In this document: piece after piece, positions 43,658 through 53,597 of the stretch
Position numbering within the stretch: the first letter of the stretch is position 1
Layout of the letters: the number at the start of each line of letters is the position of its first letter
Source of the DNA: Candidatus Latescibacterota bacterium
Lineage (GTDB): Bacteria > Latescibacterota > UBA2968 > UBA8231
Assembly: GCA_965215195.1 (NCBI GenBank)
Contig: CBDCDC010000002.1
Coordinates: 2,944,001 to 3,008,000 of the forward strand
Reading direction: 5' to 3'
DNA: 64,000 nucleotides
Position numbers and translations under genes: made by a program
Notes under the pieces: model-generated
The model's database searches: none
What the model was told of the DNA's origin: nothing
What the model saw: the letters and a program-made list of their open reading frames with translations, nothing else

Positions 43658-46189
43658 CTATTCGCCTTGGGGCGAGCGCCGGCTGAGCTGCTCGGCTAGT
43701 AGGTTGAGGAAATAGACCGACGATCTGTCCGCGGGATTGGCCGTCAGCGCCCGCTGATAGGCCCTTGCCGCGGCCCGGTCGCGGTTTTGCAGCCGCATGA
43801 TGTCCCCCTCTAGCGCGTGTTCTCCAGCCTTGAAATAGACCGTTAGCTTTTTTCGTACCGTAGCAGAGGGGGCCGTCAGCAGCGACAGAGCCGAGGTGCG
43901 GTGTGGCGCCAAACTCTGCAACACCTCCCACGAGCCGCTGCTGTAGCCCCTCGGACTGACAAAGCTGATGTAGGGATGGTCGTCGGTGTTGAGCGGGCCT
44001 TCCCCCACGTAGCGCCGCAGGGCGATCTCGTCCAGCACTAGGCTGTTCAAGAGCGCAAATACATCTCCCATGTCAATGGTCTCTAAGCTGCGATGTACCC
44101 GCGGCGGTGCCATTTTCTCTTGGAGCACCTCCAAGTCAATCGCCTGCGGCTGCATGGTCCCCACCATGATCGAGTAGTTGTTCGAGCGCCACAAGGTGGC
44201 GTGGGGAAAGACGTGCTGAAAGGTCCGCACGATGGTCTTGTAGTCGTCTGGAGGCAGGCCGTGAAAGGGCAGCCACTGGGCCATGATCCCGTCGGCGCTC
44301 AGGTGCGCCCGGCACAACTCGTAAAATTCCTTTGTGTAGAGCACCCAGCTATCGGCACTCGTCGGATGGGTGGCGTCCCCGGTGATGATTTGGTAGGTGT
44401 CGCGGCTGGAGAGGAGAAAATTGCGGCCGTCGTCGATAACTACTTCGATATTCCACGCAGTCGGATTCTCGAGCACGTAGTGATTAAATTCGCCAAAGTG
44501 CGCCCGGGCCGCGTCTATCACCTCCGGCACCAACTCGACGCAAGTGATGCGTTGCGGCTCGTACTGGGCCGCTCCGCCCAAGGCAATACCGCCGCCCAAG
44601 GAGACGACCAACACCTCCTGCGGATCGGGATGCAGCAGCAGGGGCAAATGGCCCAACAGACGGAAAATTTGCAGCGAGCTGTAATCGGTGGGTACCTGTC
44701 CGCCTCCATTGAGCGCCATTTTGCGGAAACCATCGGTTTGTCGCTCGACCGTGATGACGCCTTCGGCCCCTTCTTGGTAAAATACCAGTTCCCGGTTGAC
44801 GGCCTCCGGCTCGGCAATGCGCCGCAGCACATCCGAGGGCACTAGGACCAGCAGGAGGGCCAAACCCGCCGCCCCGCTCCAGATCAGCCGCTTGCGCTTC
44901 TGGATAGCCAAGGCGATGGTTAGGCCAACCAAGCCATTCAAGGCCGCCAGCACTTTGACGCTCCACTCGGTCCCCAGCAGCGGAATCAGCACAAACCCGG
45001 TCGCAAAGGCCCCCCCGACCGCGCCCAAGCTGTTGACCGCGCCGATAGCCCCTATGCCGCGCCCCAGCCGCGCCAGTTGTCGCGTGTAGATTTGGCCGAC
45101 CAGCGGAAAGATGACCCCCATTGCCACGGTCGGCAGCAACATGATGGCAACGGCCGTGAAGAACACGCCGGTCCTCGACACCCACCACGAATCCGCCCGC
45201 TGGATCGGCTCCACAAGAGCGGATAAATGGGCAAAGGCCAACACGGACAGGGCACCGCACGCGCCGATCAAAAATTGGACCGAGACAAAAATCGAAAGCA
45301 AATCCGCTCGCCGCGTGAGTAGGAGACTGCCCAGCCATCCCCCCAAGGCCAGTCCACTCAAAAAGGCCACCAAGACAATGCTGAACTCGTAGTGTGAATT
45401 AAAGGAGAAACTTACCATCAAGAGCCGCATCCACGCCACTTCGTAGCCGAGGGCCGCAAAACCGGAGAGCGCAAAGCCGGCCAGTACGCCCCACAGGATG
45501 CGGTCGGAGTGCGCGGTCTTTTTTGCCGCCCCTGCGCCGATGGCGACGGCTCGTTGGCCCCCCCACAGCCAAGCCGCACCCGCCACCAAGAAATTCACCG
45601 CGGCGATGGCTTGCGTCGTCCCCTGCAAACCCAGCCCTTCCATCAGCCCGAAGGTCGCTGCCAACACCCCGGCGACCGCGCCCAGCGTGTTGACCGCATA
45701 GAGTTGTCCGACCCGACCGCCCAATCTGCCCAGCCGCCGCACCGCAAACTTGGCCACGACCGGCAGGGTCCCTCCCATCAGGGCCGTGGGGAGCAAGAGC
45801 AAGGCAAAGCAAAGGCCGAAGCGGATCAGGGAAAAGAGGTAGAAGTTCCCCTGTAACCCGGCCAAGGTGCCATAGGCATTGCCCAGATTCGCACTAAGAC
45901 TGGGAAAGAAAAGGGCAAAAAGACCGATGCCGGCCTCTAGCGCGGCAAAAACCCGCAGCGGGTGCTTGCAGCGGTCGATGTGCCGCCCCAAAACCCAACT
46001 GCCCAGCGCCAAGCCAGCCATGAAGGCGCTGAGCACGGTGCTGGTGGCCAGCAAGGTAGTGCCAAAGACCACGGTCAGCATCCGCGCCCACACGACTTGA
46101 TAGACTAAACTGCTGACCCCAGAAAAAAAGAACAGGACCAAGAGCGTCTTGTGTTCAGACTGCTCCAAGTCCCGACTGTATTCTTCCAC
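43658..46189 (-). CDS. Fused MFS-like / spermidine synthase-like protein with C-terminal TPR
   Basis: FFSGVSSLVYQVVW, PTALMGGTLP, LYAVNTLG; VLVVSLGGG, CVELVPEVI, DDGRNFL, LYTKEFY, QWLP, NTDDHP. Confidence 0.9.
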   Translation of the reverse strand: MEEYSRDLEQSEHKTLLVLFFFSGVSSLVYQVVWARMLTVVFGTTLLATSTVLSAFMAGLALGSWVLGRHIDRCKHPLRVFAALEAGIGLFALFFPSLSANLGNAYGTLAGLQGNFYLFSLIRFGLCFALLLLPTALMGGTLPVVAKFAVRRLGRLGGRVGQLYAVNTLGAVAGVLAATFGLMEGLGLQGTTQAIAAVNFLVAGAAWLWGGQRAVAIGAGAAKKTAHSDRILWGVLAGFALSGFAALGYEVAWMRLLMVSFSFNSHYEFSIVLVAFLSGLALGGWLGSLLLTRRADLLSIFVSVQFLIGACGALSVLAFAHLSALVEPIQRADSWWVSRTGVFFTAVAIMLLPTVAMGVIFPLVGQIYTRQLARLGRGIGAIGAVNSLGAVGGAFATGFVLIPLLGTEWSVKVLAALNGLVGLTIALAIQKRKRLIWSGAAGLALLLVLVPSDVLRRIAEPEAVNRELVFYQEGAEGVITVERQTDGFRKMALNGGGQVPTDYSSLQIFRLLGHLPLLLHPDPQEVLVVSLGGGIALGGAAQYEPQRITCVELVPEVIDAARAHFGEFNHYVLENPTAWNIEVVIDDGRNFLLSSRDTYQIITGDATHPTSADSWVLYTKEFYELCRAHLSADGIMAQWLPFHGLPPDDYKTIVRTFQHVFPHATLWRSNNYSIMVGTMQPQAIDLEVLQEKMAPPRVHRSLETIDMGDVFALLNSLVLDEIALRRYVGEGPLNTDDHPYISFVSPRGYSSGSWEVLQSLAPHRTSALSLLTAPSATVRKKLTVYFKAGEHALEGDIMRLQNRDRAAARAYQRALTANPADRSSVYFLNLLAEQLSRRSPQGE

Positions 46190-46278
46190 GCTGAATGCTC
46201 TGTGTTAGGCGACCGTTGTGGTTCGTGTTCCGCGGTCCGTGGCCATGGGACTAACCACTAACGTGAATCAGACCGCTT

Positions 46279-48231
46279 CTAAGGTTCCTCTAGGGTGAGT
46301 CGCTGGTTCGTCTGGATGGGGCCGTCCAAAGCCTGCACCTGACCCGAGGGCCAACGCACCGTTAGGCGATCCACCACTGCCGCCGCCCCCAAGCCAAAGT
46401 AGAGTCCACAAGCGCTCTGCGACAGATACCCGGATTGCCCATCCTGCACTTGGGTATACACCTGACCGTTAGCTTCCACCGCGACCACTGCTCCCAACCC
46501 ATCCCGATTCGACGCCTTCCCCACCAGTACCACCTCCACATAGCGCAATCCCGCCCGACGCTGACTCAGGTCGCTGAGCAAGACTTGGGGCACCCCATTG
46601 AACTCATTGGTCACAATGTCGAGATCGCCGTCGCCCTCCACGTCGAACAGGGCCGACGAGCGCGTCCCCAAAGCGCCGTACACCAGCAAGCCCCCCTCTT
46701 GGCCCTCGCAGTTTTTGTGCCCCGTATCCGCCTCGTCGCAGTCGAGGGCAAACCATGGCTGGGCGGTCCGCCCCTCGCGTCGCGGCTCCACTCCTAAGAC
46801 GAACTCGCTGTCGAGGAAGCCGCGCCCCCGGTCGTTGAGCAAGACGGTGTTGATCCCATAGCGAAAGGGATAATTCATACTCGACGCCACGAACACATCC
46901 TGCCAGCCATCGGCGTTGAGGTCGCCGCTGCTCACCCCCCACGGCCAGTAGTTTTCAGTACCGATTAGGTCGGAGATTTCCTCGAATTGCCCCTCGCCTA
47001 CTTGGCGGTAAAAGGCATTGCCGAAGATGCTCAGCCCCTCGCTCTGCAAAAAAGCGTCTGGATACTGGATGTACGACTTGAGCTTTTCGTCCCAAGGCCC
47101 CATCGGCTGGCTCATGTCGGAGTGCATATCCGAGACGAAGAGGTCCATCCGGCCGTCGTTGTCGTAGTCGAGGGCCTTGATCCCCATCGAACCCCACGGC
47201 GTTTTGGGGAATACCACGCGGCTCTTTTTGACAAAACCCCGCCCGGCCACATTCTCGTAGTAGGAGTCGTGTCCCTGCATATTGAGCACGTAGAGGTCCT
47301 GCCACCCATCCCCATTGAAGTCCAGCGGACTGGCGTCGCCCGACCAGCTCGAATCCAATAGCCCCACTTCGCGCGCGACCTCGGCGAAAACCCGCTGCCC
47401 CAAATTCTCGAACAGCGCACTCTGCTCGGCGCGCTCGGGCTTCAGATGCCCGGAGAAGGCATCCTTGAAACCCCGGTAGTACTGATAGGTCGGTCCCACC
47501 TCCAGTCGCGTCGGATCGACCGCCGCGGTCCTCTGTTCATCGTGGGTATAGACCCCCACATTGGTCACAAACAGATCCAGCAATCCATCGCTATTGTAGT
47601 CGAAGAACTCACCAGACGACGAGTGCGCCTGCCAGCCCGTGCCCGAATGCTCGGTTATATCCTCGAAGCGGCCGGTTCCGTCGTTGACTAAGAGCCGGTT
47701 GCCCAACCGCACGGCCGTGGCGTACAAATCGACGTCGCCGTCGTTGTCAATGTCGCCAAACGACGCGCTCACTCCGATCCGATCGGCCAACTCCAGACTA
47801 GGCGTGGTGTAGTCCTCAAAGCGTGCGCTGCCGCGATTGCGCCATAGCTGATTGCCTCCCACTTGGGTCGTAAAGTAGAGATCGTAGCGTCCATCGCCAT
47901 CTACGTCCCCCACCGCCAGCCCATTGCCGTGGTCGTAGTGGACCGGGATGTGGTCCTTGGCCGCATCCTCCACCACCCGATTGCGAAACGCAATGCCGCT
48001 AACTGCGAGCTGGTCGGTAAAGGAGAAGTCGCAAAAGACCTCGTAGGCTCGGGCCGCCTCCAATTGGGCTTGCTGGCGGCGCGCCAACCACGGCGGCTCG
48101 ACGATTGCGGCCGGATCGGGAAAGGGCTTGAGAATTTTGGCAGGGGGTTCAGCGTGGGCGATTTTTAAGGGAGTGAACGCAAGAATACACAGCGCAGAGA
48201 GGAAAGCCGCCTGACAGTTCGGCATGGTCAA
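46279..48231 (-). CDS. CRTAC1-family protein
   Basis: Signal peptide; GDVDGDGRYDL and GDIDNDGDVDL repeats; SNRDGLGA...SGYLSQS...FGLG...RWPSG. Confidence 0.9.
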   Translation of the reverse strand: MTMPNCQAAFLSALCILAFTPLKIAHAEPPAKILKPFPDPAAIVEPPWLARRQQAQLEAARAYEVFCDFSFTDQLAVSGIAFRNRVVEDAAKDHIPVHYDHGNGLAVGDVDGDGRYDLYFTTQVGGNQLWRNRGSARFEDYTTPSLELADRIGVSASFGDIDNDGDVDLYATAVRLGNRLLVNDGTGRFEDITEHSGTGWQAHSSSGEFFDYNSDGLLDLFVTNVGVYTHDEQRTAAVDPTRLEVGPTYQYYRGFKDAFSGHLKPERAEQSALFENLGQRVFAEVAREVGLLDSSWSGDASPLDFNGDGWQDLYVLNMQGHDSYYENVAGRGFVKKSRVVFPKTPWGSMGIKALDYDNDGRMDLFVSDMHSDMSQPMGPWDEKLKSYIQYPDAFLQSEGLSIFGNAFYRQVGEGQFEEISDLIGTENYWPWGVSSGDLNADGWQDVFVASSMNYPFRYGINTVLLNDRGRGFLDSEFVLGVEPRREGRTAQPWFALDCDEADTGHKNCEGQEGGLLVYGALGTRSSALFDVEGDGDLDIVTNEFNGVPQVLLSDLSQRRAGLRYVEVVLVGKASNRDGLGAVVAVEANGQVYTQVQDGQSGYLSQSACGLYFGLGAAAVVDRLTVRWPSGQVQALDGPIQTNQRLTLEEP

Positions 48232-48259
48232 TTCGTGGTTAGTGATTCGTGGTTAGGCG

Positions 48260-48391
48260 CTTACTACACGACACCAGCCCTCAGCCGGCCAAGGATCGAG
48301 GGCGTCCCGCCCTCGATCCCGGACCCAGCGGAAACCGCAGAAAAGGCGTACTCAAAGTAAGGGGCACCTACTTTAGGTGGCGTGTACTAAG
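48260..48391 (-). mobile_element. MITE copy 3 (132 bp, inverted)
   Basis: Reverse complement of copy 1 with about 2 substitutions. Flanks GGTTAGGCG / GGTTAGTGG form a degenerate 9-bp repeat. Confidence 0.88.
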
Positions 48392-48582
48392 GGTTAGTGG
48401 TTGGGCCCTGCACTGCACAAGACCGGGTTGGATACTGGCCACTAACCGCGGGCCGGGGGCGAATGGGCGGTAAAAAAATAGCATGTACCCACCATGTCAA
48501 GCGAGTGCGCCTTGCCGCCTCACCCTTGTGTTGGATATTATGGACTTCCGCAAAAAGCCAAAGTCCCAAGCCCCTGCAAACC

Positions 48583-51138
48583 ATGATGCACCCCCTCTTC
48601 CCCCTCCTCATATTGCTCCCGCTGTTGCCGCTGCCCGCGACAGCTCAATACGAAGTGACGATAGAAGGCAAAGCCTACCAACTCATCCTCGCCCGCGATC
48701 TCGTCGCAGCAATCCAGCGAGCCGCGGCCGACGCCGCACTCGAATACGACCGCTTGGTGGTGCAGGGGCCGCTCGAATTGACCGGCGACACCCTGCGCAC
48801 GGCACTCGCCTTTAAGGACGTGCGCTTTACCAGCCCCGTAGTCTTAGAACGCGCCGTTTTTCTGCAACCAATGCACTTTGTTCGCACTCACTTCCAACAG
48901 GGCATCTCCCTGCTCGAAACTCGCCTCGAAGGTGGATTTTCCTGCCGCGACTGCCGCATAGCGGGCAGGGCTAATTTCAAACGGACTTTGCTTGCCGACG
49001 CAGTGGATTTTTCGGCCACCCAGTTTTCCGGTGCGGCCTTTTTTCAGCAGACCAATTTTAGCGGAGAAACCACCTTTGAGCGCAGCCAATTTGCGGACGC
49101 GGCCTATTTCGACCAGACCGCGTTTGCCGGCTCTGCCCACTTTCAGGATGCGTCCTTTGCAAATCTGGCCTCCTTCAAAGAAGCGGCGTGGCAAGCGACT
49201 GTTTCATTTGCCGGCGCTCGCTTTGGCGAAGATGCCCTGTTCGCGCAAAGCCGCTTTGCGGAATCTACTGCGTTCACTGCGGCCTACTTCCGCGGCCCAG
49301 CCCATTTCGAGCGAGCCAATTTCTCGGCTGCGGCCTCCTTCGGCCGAGTTGTCTTTGGCGGCCCGGTCCGCTTTGTCGGTGCCCACTTTCGCGCCTCGGC
49401 TTCCTTTGGCGACAGCCGCTTCAAACGGGAAGCCACCTTTGCTGGCGCGACCTTTGCCCGGCCTTTCCGCCCCAATGCCCACTTTAGTAAGGCCCCGGAC
49501 TTAGCCGCTGTGACCGCTCCTCTCATAGATTTGGAGCCCAAGGCCGCAGCCCGCTCGGTTCCCCCCCCAGACACCGCCGACCCTAGCTGCGATCCCATCC
49601 AATTGGTCGATGTAACCCAAGCGGCTGGCCTCGACTTTGAGCACTACAACGGCTTTTCGGGCGAGTACTACTACGTCGAAACCTTTGGGTCCGGGGCGGC
49701 CTTCCTCGACGTCGACGGCGATGGCTGGCTCGATCTCTATCTGGTCAATGGCGCACCCCTAAGCGGCGAGCGCCCGGAGCCAATCCCGGTCAATCGCCTG
49801 TACCACAACACCGGCGCGGGCGGCTTCACCGATGTGACGGCCACCTCGGGGGCCGGGCACACCGGCTACGGCATGGGCTGTGCCGCGGCCGACTACGACG
49901 CCGACGGCGACGTGGATCTCTACGCGACCAACGTTGGTCCCAACCTCTTGCTGCGCAACGAGGGTGAGGGGCGCTTTGCCGACGCGACCGCAGCCGTGGG
50001 CGGGGGCGATGCCCGATGGGGCACTAGTTGCGGCTTTTTGGACTACGACCTTGACGGCGATTTGGATCTCTACGCGACCAACTATGTAGAATTTGACCCG
50101 CAAAAAAACATCGTCTGTGCCGAGGGCGGCATTCGCTCCTATTGCGAGCCAAAGTTCTACGAGCCGGTGGGCGATGTGCTCTACCGCAACGAAGACGGCC
50201 AATTCCGCGATGTGGCGTCCGAAGCGGGAATCATCCACAAGGGGCGCGGCTTGGGCGTGGCCTTTGCGGATTACGACCTCGATGGCGACACCGACGTGTA
50301 CGTGGCCAACGACGGCACCATGAACTTCCTCTACCAAAACCAAGGGAATGGCTTTGCCGAGGTCGGTCTCTACGCCGGAGGACGCTACAACGAGGACGGC
50401 TTGGCCGAAGCCGGCATGGGGGTGGAGTTCGGGGATTGGGATAACGACGGGTTCCAAGATGTTTTTGTGACCAATTTCGCCCAAGAGACCAATACCTTGT
50501 ACGGCAACGATGGCCAAGGGCAATTCCGCGACATTACCAATCGCGCCGGCCTAGCCGAGTGCAGCTACAAACCGCTGGGCTTTGGCACTAATTTCCTCGA
50601 CTACGACAACGACGGCGACCTAGACCTCTTTGTCGCCAACGGCCACGTCATGGACAAAATCGCTCAAGTACACCCCGACCACGCCTATCCGCAGCCCAAT
50701 CAGGTGCTTTGCAATCAGCGGGGGACCCGCTTTGTCGATGTCTCCGCCAAGCTCGGTCCCGCGCTTGCGGCCGCGGCCGTAAGCCGCGCTTCGGCCACGG
50801 CCGACTACGACAACGACGGCGACCTAGACCTGCTGGTGACCAATGTTGCCGCCGCCCCCAACCTCCTGCGCAACGACGGGGGCAACCGACAGCACTGGCT
50901 GACGATTCAGTTGGAAGCCCTCGGAACCCGCGTCGCCGTGACGGCCGGTGGGCAGCGCCAAGTCGAGGAGTGCCAGTCGGGCGGCAGTTATCTTTCGAGC
51001 AGCGACCCCCGCCTCCACTTTGGCCTCGGAGCGGCCACCCGGGCCACGGTCGAAATCCGCTGGCCCGACGGCGCGTTGCAGACCATAGAAGCGGTGGCGG
51101 CCGATCAGATTCTGCACCTAGTTCAACCGAATCCCTGA
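48583..51138 (+). CDS. Secreted pentapeptide-repeat / CRTAC1 fusion protein
   Basis: Signal peptide ending ATAQ; FxxAxFxxxAxF repeats; Pro-rich linker; complete FG-GAP + ASPIC/UnbV module. Confidence 0.85.
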   Translation: MMHPLFPLLILLPLLPLPATAQYEVTIEGKAYQLILARDLVAAIQRAAADAALEYDRLVVQGPLELTGDTLRTALAFKDVRFTSPVVLERAVFLQPMHFVRTHFQQGISLLETRLEGGFSCRDCRIAGRANFKRTLLADAVDFSATQFSGAAFFQQTNFSGETTFERSQFADAAYFDQTAFAGSAHFQDASFANLASFKEAAWQATVSFAGARFGEDALFAQSRFAESTAFTAAYFRGPAHFERANFSAAASFGRVVFGGPVRFVGAHFRASASFGDSRFKREATFAGATFARPFRPNAHFSKAPDLAAVTAPLIDLEPKAAARSVPPPDTADPSCDPIQLVDVTQAAGLDFEHYNGFSGEYYYVETFGSGAAFLDVDGDGWLDLYLVNGAPLSGERPEPIPVNRLYHNTGAGGFTDVTATSGAGHTGYGMGCAAADYDADGDVDLYATNVGPNLLLRNEGEGRFADATAAVGGGDARWGTSCGFLDYDLDGDLDLYATNYVEFDPQKNIVCAEGGIRSYCEPKFYEPVGDVLYRNEDGQFRDVASEAGIIHKGRGLGVAFADYDLDGDTDVYVANDGTMNFLYQNQGNGFAEVGLYAGGRYNEDGLAEAGMGVEFGDWDNDGFQDVFVTNFAQETNTLYGNDGQGQFRDITNRAGLAECSYKPLGFGTNFLDYDNDGDLDLFVANGHVMDKIAQVHPDHAYPQPNQVLCNQRGTRFVDVSAKLGPALAAAAVSRASATADYDNDGDLDLLVTNVAAAPNLLRNDGGNRQHWLTIQLEALGTRVAVTAGGQRQVEECQSGGSYLSSSDPRLHFGLGAATRATVEIRWPDGALQTIEAVAADQILHLVQPNP

Positions 51139-51156
51139 CCCCAACTTGCATTCGAG

Positions 51157-53160
51157 ATGCTGACTATGGAAAACCCCGAGAAAGGCCGTTTTGCCGTGCT
51201 GAAGAAGACCGCCCCCCTGCTCGTCTTTCTATTGCTAGGGGCGGCCTGTTCCCAAGACCCCGATGGCGACTCCTTAGAAAAGCACCTCCGCCTCACCCGC
51301 CAAAACCCCACTGCGCCCCCGGCGTACTACAACTTGGCCGTGGCCTATGTGCAAGCCGGCCGCTACGACGAGGCCCAGCGCAACTACGCCAAAGCCCTCG
51401 ACCTCGATCCAAACTACGCCCTTGCCCACGACGGTTTGGGGCTTTTGGCCCAGCGGCGCGGCGCCTTGGACGAGGCGGCCGCCCACTTTCAAAGAGCCAT
51501 TGACCTCGACTCCACCTTGGCTGCGGCGAGCAATAATCTGGGCAACGTCCACTATCAAAATGGCGACTTGGAACAAGCGGCCGCCGCGTATGAAGCAGCC
51601 GTGCGCCAAGCCCCAGAGCACCTCGCGTTCTCCGTCAATCTCGCCCGCGCCCTGCGCGATCGGGGAGAATTCGACCAAGCGGTGGCCGTCCTGTTGCGGG
51701 CCGTCGATCGCGACCCATTTTCGCGGGAAGTCCACGCGGCCTTGGGCCATCTCTACGCCGAAAATTTTCGCGTTGAAGCCGCGGTCGCCGCCTACGGCGA
51801 AGCCCTCCGCATCGCGCCCAGTGCCGACCTCCACATTCGCTTGGGGGATGTCTATGCCCGCGCTGAAAAATTGGATGAGGCGATCCGCGAGTACGCAAGC
51901 GCCATGGAATTGGACCGGGACAATGCCGAAGTTAGCTACAAGTTGGGGGCCATCTACGCCAGCTATCAGCGCATCCCCGAAGCCGTGGCCTTGGCCGAAA
52001 AAGCCGTCGCACTTGATTCGACCCAGACGGCGGCGTGGCAGCTCTTGGCGCGGCTGTACGCCAACCAAGGCCTGTACGACCAGGCCGAAAGGGCACTGCT
52101 GCAAGCTATTGAAACGGATCCCAACCTGATGGAAGCCCGCAGCGAACTGGGTGCCCTCTACATCCGCCAAACCCAGTACCAAAAGGCCGAAGCTGTCCTG
52201 AAAGAAGCCGTGGCCATGGATCCGCAGCACGGCGAATCTTGGCGTCAATTGGGCCTGCTCTATGGCGACTTGAAGCGCCCCGAGGAAGCGGCCAAGATGC
52301 TGCGCCAAGTTCTCGCAATTAATCCCTTGCACCCGGAAGCCCTCTACAACTTAGCCCATGTCCTCCGAGCTCTTGGCCGAGCGACTGAGGCCGAGCGCCT
52401 GCAAAACCGCTTTGAACAACTCGCCCGTCTCCACAACCACATCGACCAGCTACAGCACACCCTCGACGCCGCCCCGGCCAACGCCGAAGTCCGCTTGCGT
52501 CTGGCGCGTGCGTACCTCGCGCTCCGGCAGTGGAAAAAGGCCGAAGCCCAGTACCGCTTTCTGCTCTCCTCTGCGCCCACCCATTTGGAGGCGCGTCTCC
52601 AGCTAAGCGGCCTCTACGCCCAGCGCGGCAACTTCGCCAGCGCGCTGCGGGTGTGCCAAGAGGCCCTAGCACACAGCCCCCCGGACTCGGCCCTTTATAA
52701 AATTTACTTTACACTCGGTCATCTCTACCACGCACAGGGCCGCGTCGAGGAGGCCGAGGCTGCTTTAGAGCGTACCTTGGCGCTAGCGCCGGCCCATGCC
52801 CAAGCCTATAACAATCTGGGCAATGTTTACCTAGAAAAGAACGATCTCCAACAGGCGACAACAGCCTACCAAAAGGCACTTGAGGTAGCGCCCAACTTTG
52901 CCGAGGCCCACTACAATCTGGGCCGCCTCTACGCCCAACAGAAGGCCCGTGCCAAGGCCGTGCGCCAGTACCAAGCCGCCCTGCGGGCGGATTCTACCTA
53001 CGCCAGAGCGCATTATGCACTTGGCGTTCTCTACCAAGAGGCGGCGCAACCCGGCCGAGCCATTCGCGCGTACAAGCGTTTTCTCGCGCAGTGGCGGGGC
53101 GACCCCCGCCTAACCCAATCCGCCCAAGAGGCATTGGCGCGGCTTGCCGCTTCCCAGTAG
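51157..53160 (+). CDS. Tetratricopeptide-repeat lipoprotein
   Basis: Lipobox LLGAAC; many TPRs (AYYNLAVAY, AYNNLGNVY, AHYNLGRLY). Confidence 0.9.
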   Translation: MLTMENPEKGRFAVLKKTAPLLVFLLLGAACSQDPDGDSLEKHLRLTRQNPTAPPAYYNLAVAYVQAGRYDEAQRNYAKALDLDPNYALAHDGLGLLAQRRGALDEAAAHFQRAIDLDSTLAAASNNLGNVHYQNGDLEQAAAAYEAAVRQAPEHLAFSVNLARALRDRGEFDQAVAVLLRAVDRDPFSREVHAALGHLYAENFRVEAAVAAYGEALRIAPSADLHIRLGDVYARAEKLDEAIREYASAMELDRDNAEVSYKLGAIYASYQRIPEAVALAEKAVALDSTQTAAWQLLARLYANQGLYDQAERALLQAIETDPNLMEARSELGALYIRQTQYQKAEAVLKEAVAMDPQHGESWRQLGLLYGDLKRPEEAAKMLRQVLAINPLHPEALYNLAHVLRALGRATEAERLQNRFEQLARLHNHIDQLQHTLDAAPANAEVRLRLARAYLALRQWKKAEAQYRFLLSSAPTHLEARLQLSGLYAQRGNFASALRVCQEALAHSPPDSALYKIYFTLGHLYHAQGRVEEAEAALERTLALAPAHAQAYNNLGNVYLEKNDLQQATTAYQKALEVAPNFAEAHYNLGRLYAQQKARAKAVRQYQAALRADSTYARAHYALGVLYQEAAQPGRAIRAYKRFLAQWRGDPRLTQSAQEALARLAASQ

Positions 53161-53215
53161 ACTAGTCCGGTGGTAGCGCACCATGGAGGGAGACGGTATT
53201 CTCCACTCTTCCCCG

Positions 53216-53245
53216 TTGACGCTGTTCTATCGCGTTCAGTACTTT
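53216..53245 (+). promoter_or_regulatory. Candidate sigma70 promoter (repeated at 53522-53551)
   Basis: TTGACG-18 bp-TACTTT upstream of an AGAGGAG RBS. Confidence 0.5.
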
Positions 53246-53291
53246 CACTACACCGCCCAGAACTTTCACCACACTCCTAGAGGAGAATGCC

Positions 53292-53510
53292 ATGCCGACC
53301 CCCCCTTCGACTCCCGAAGAACGCCTAGCGAGGCTCGAAGGCGTTTACGATCATCTGGCGACCAAAGCCGATATTGCCCGAGTGGAGGGCAAAATGTCTG
53401 AACTTGAAGCAGCACTCAAAGCCGAATTGTACAGGGGCTTGAACCGCAACCTTTACATCACGATAGGAGCGGTCGCCGCCGCGGTGACGCTGATGAAATA
53501 TCTGCCATGA
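53292..53510 (+). CDS. Small coiled-coil protein with C-terminal hydrophobic anchor (DUF1640/CCDC90/Bdr-like)
   Basis: EERLARLEG, LATKADI motif, heptads, hydrophobic tail; strong RBS. Confidence 0.8.
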   Translation: MPTPPSTPEERLARLEGVYDHLATKADIARVEGKMSELEAALKAELYRGLNRNLYITIGAVAAAVTLMKYLP

Positions 53511-53597
53511 CGACCCCCCCGTTGACGCTGTTCTATCGCGTTCAGTACTTTCACTACACCGCCCAGAACTTTCACCACACCCCTAGAGGAGAATGCC

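Noticed and set aside
11993-48391. Repeated palindromic element considered as a CRISPR repeat or ncRNA
   Set aside because: Copies are dispersed, lack regular spacers, and have TIRs plus target duplications; no cas genes are present. A MITE explains it better.
48397-48582. Longer start for the pentapeptide-CRTAC1 ORF
   Set aside because: Begins next to the MITE in intergenic-looking DNA; the signal peptide starts at 48583.
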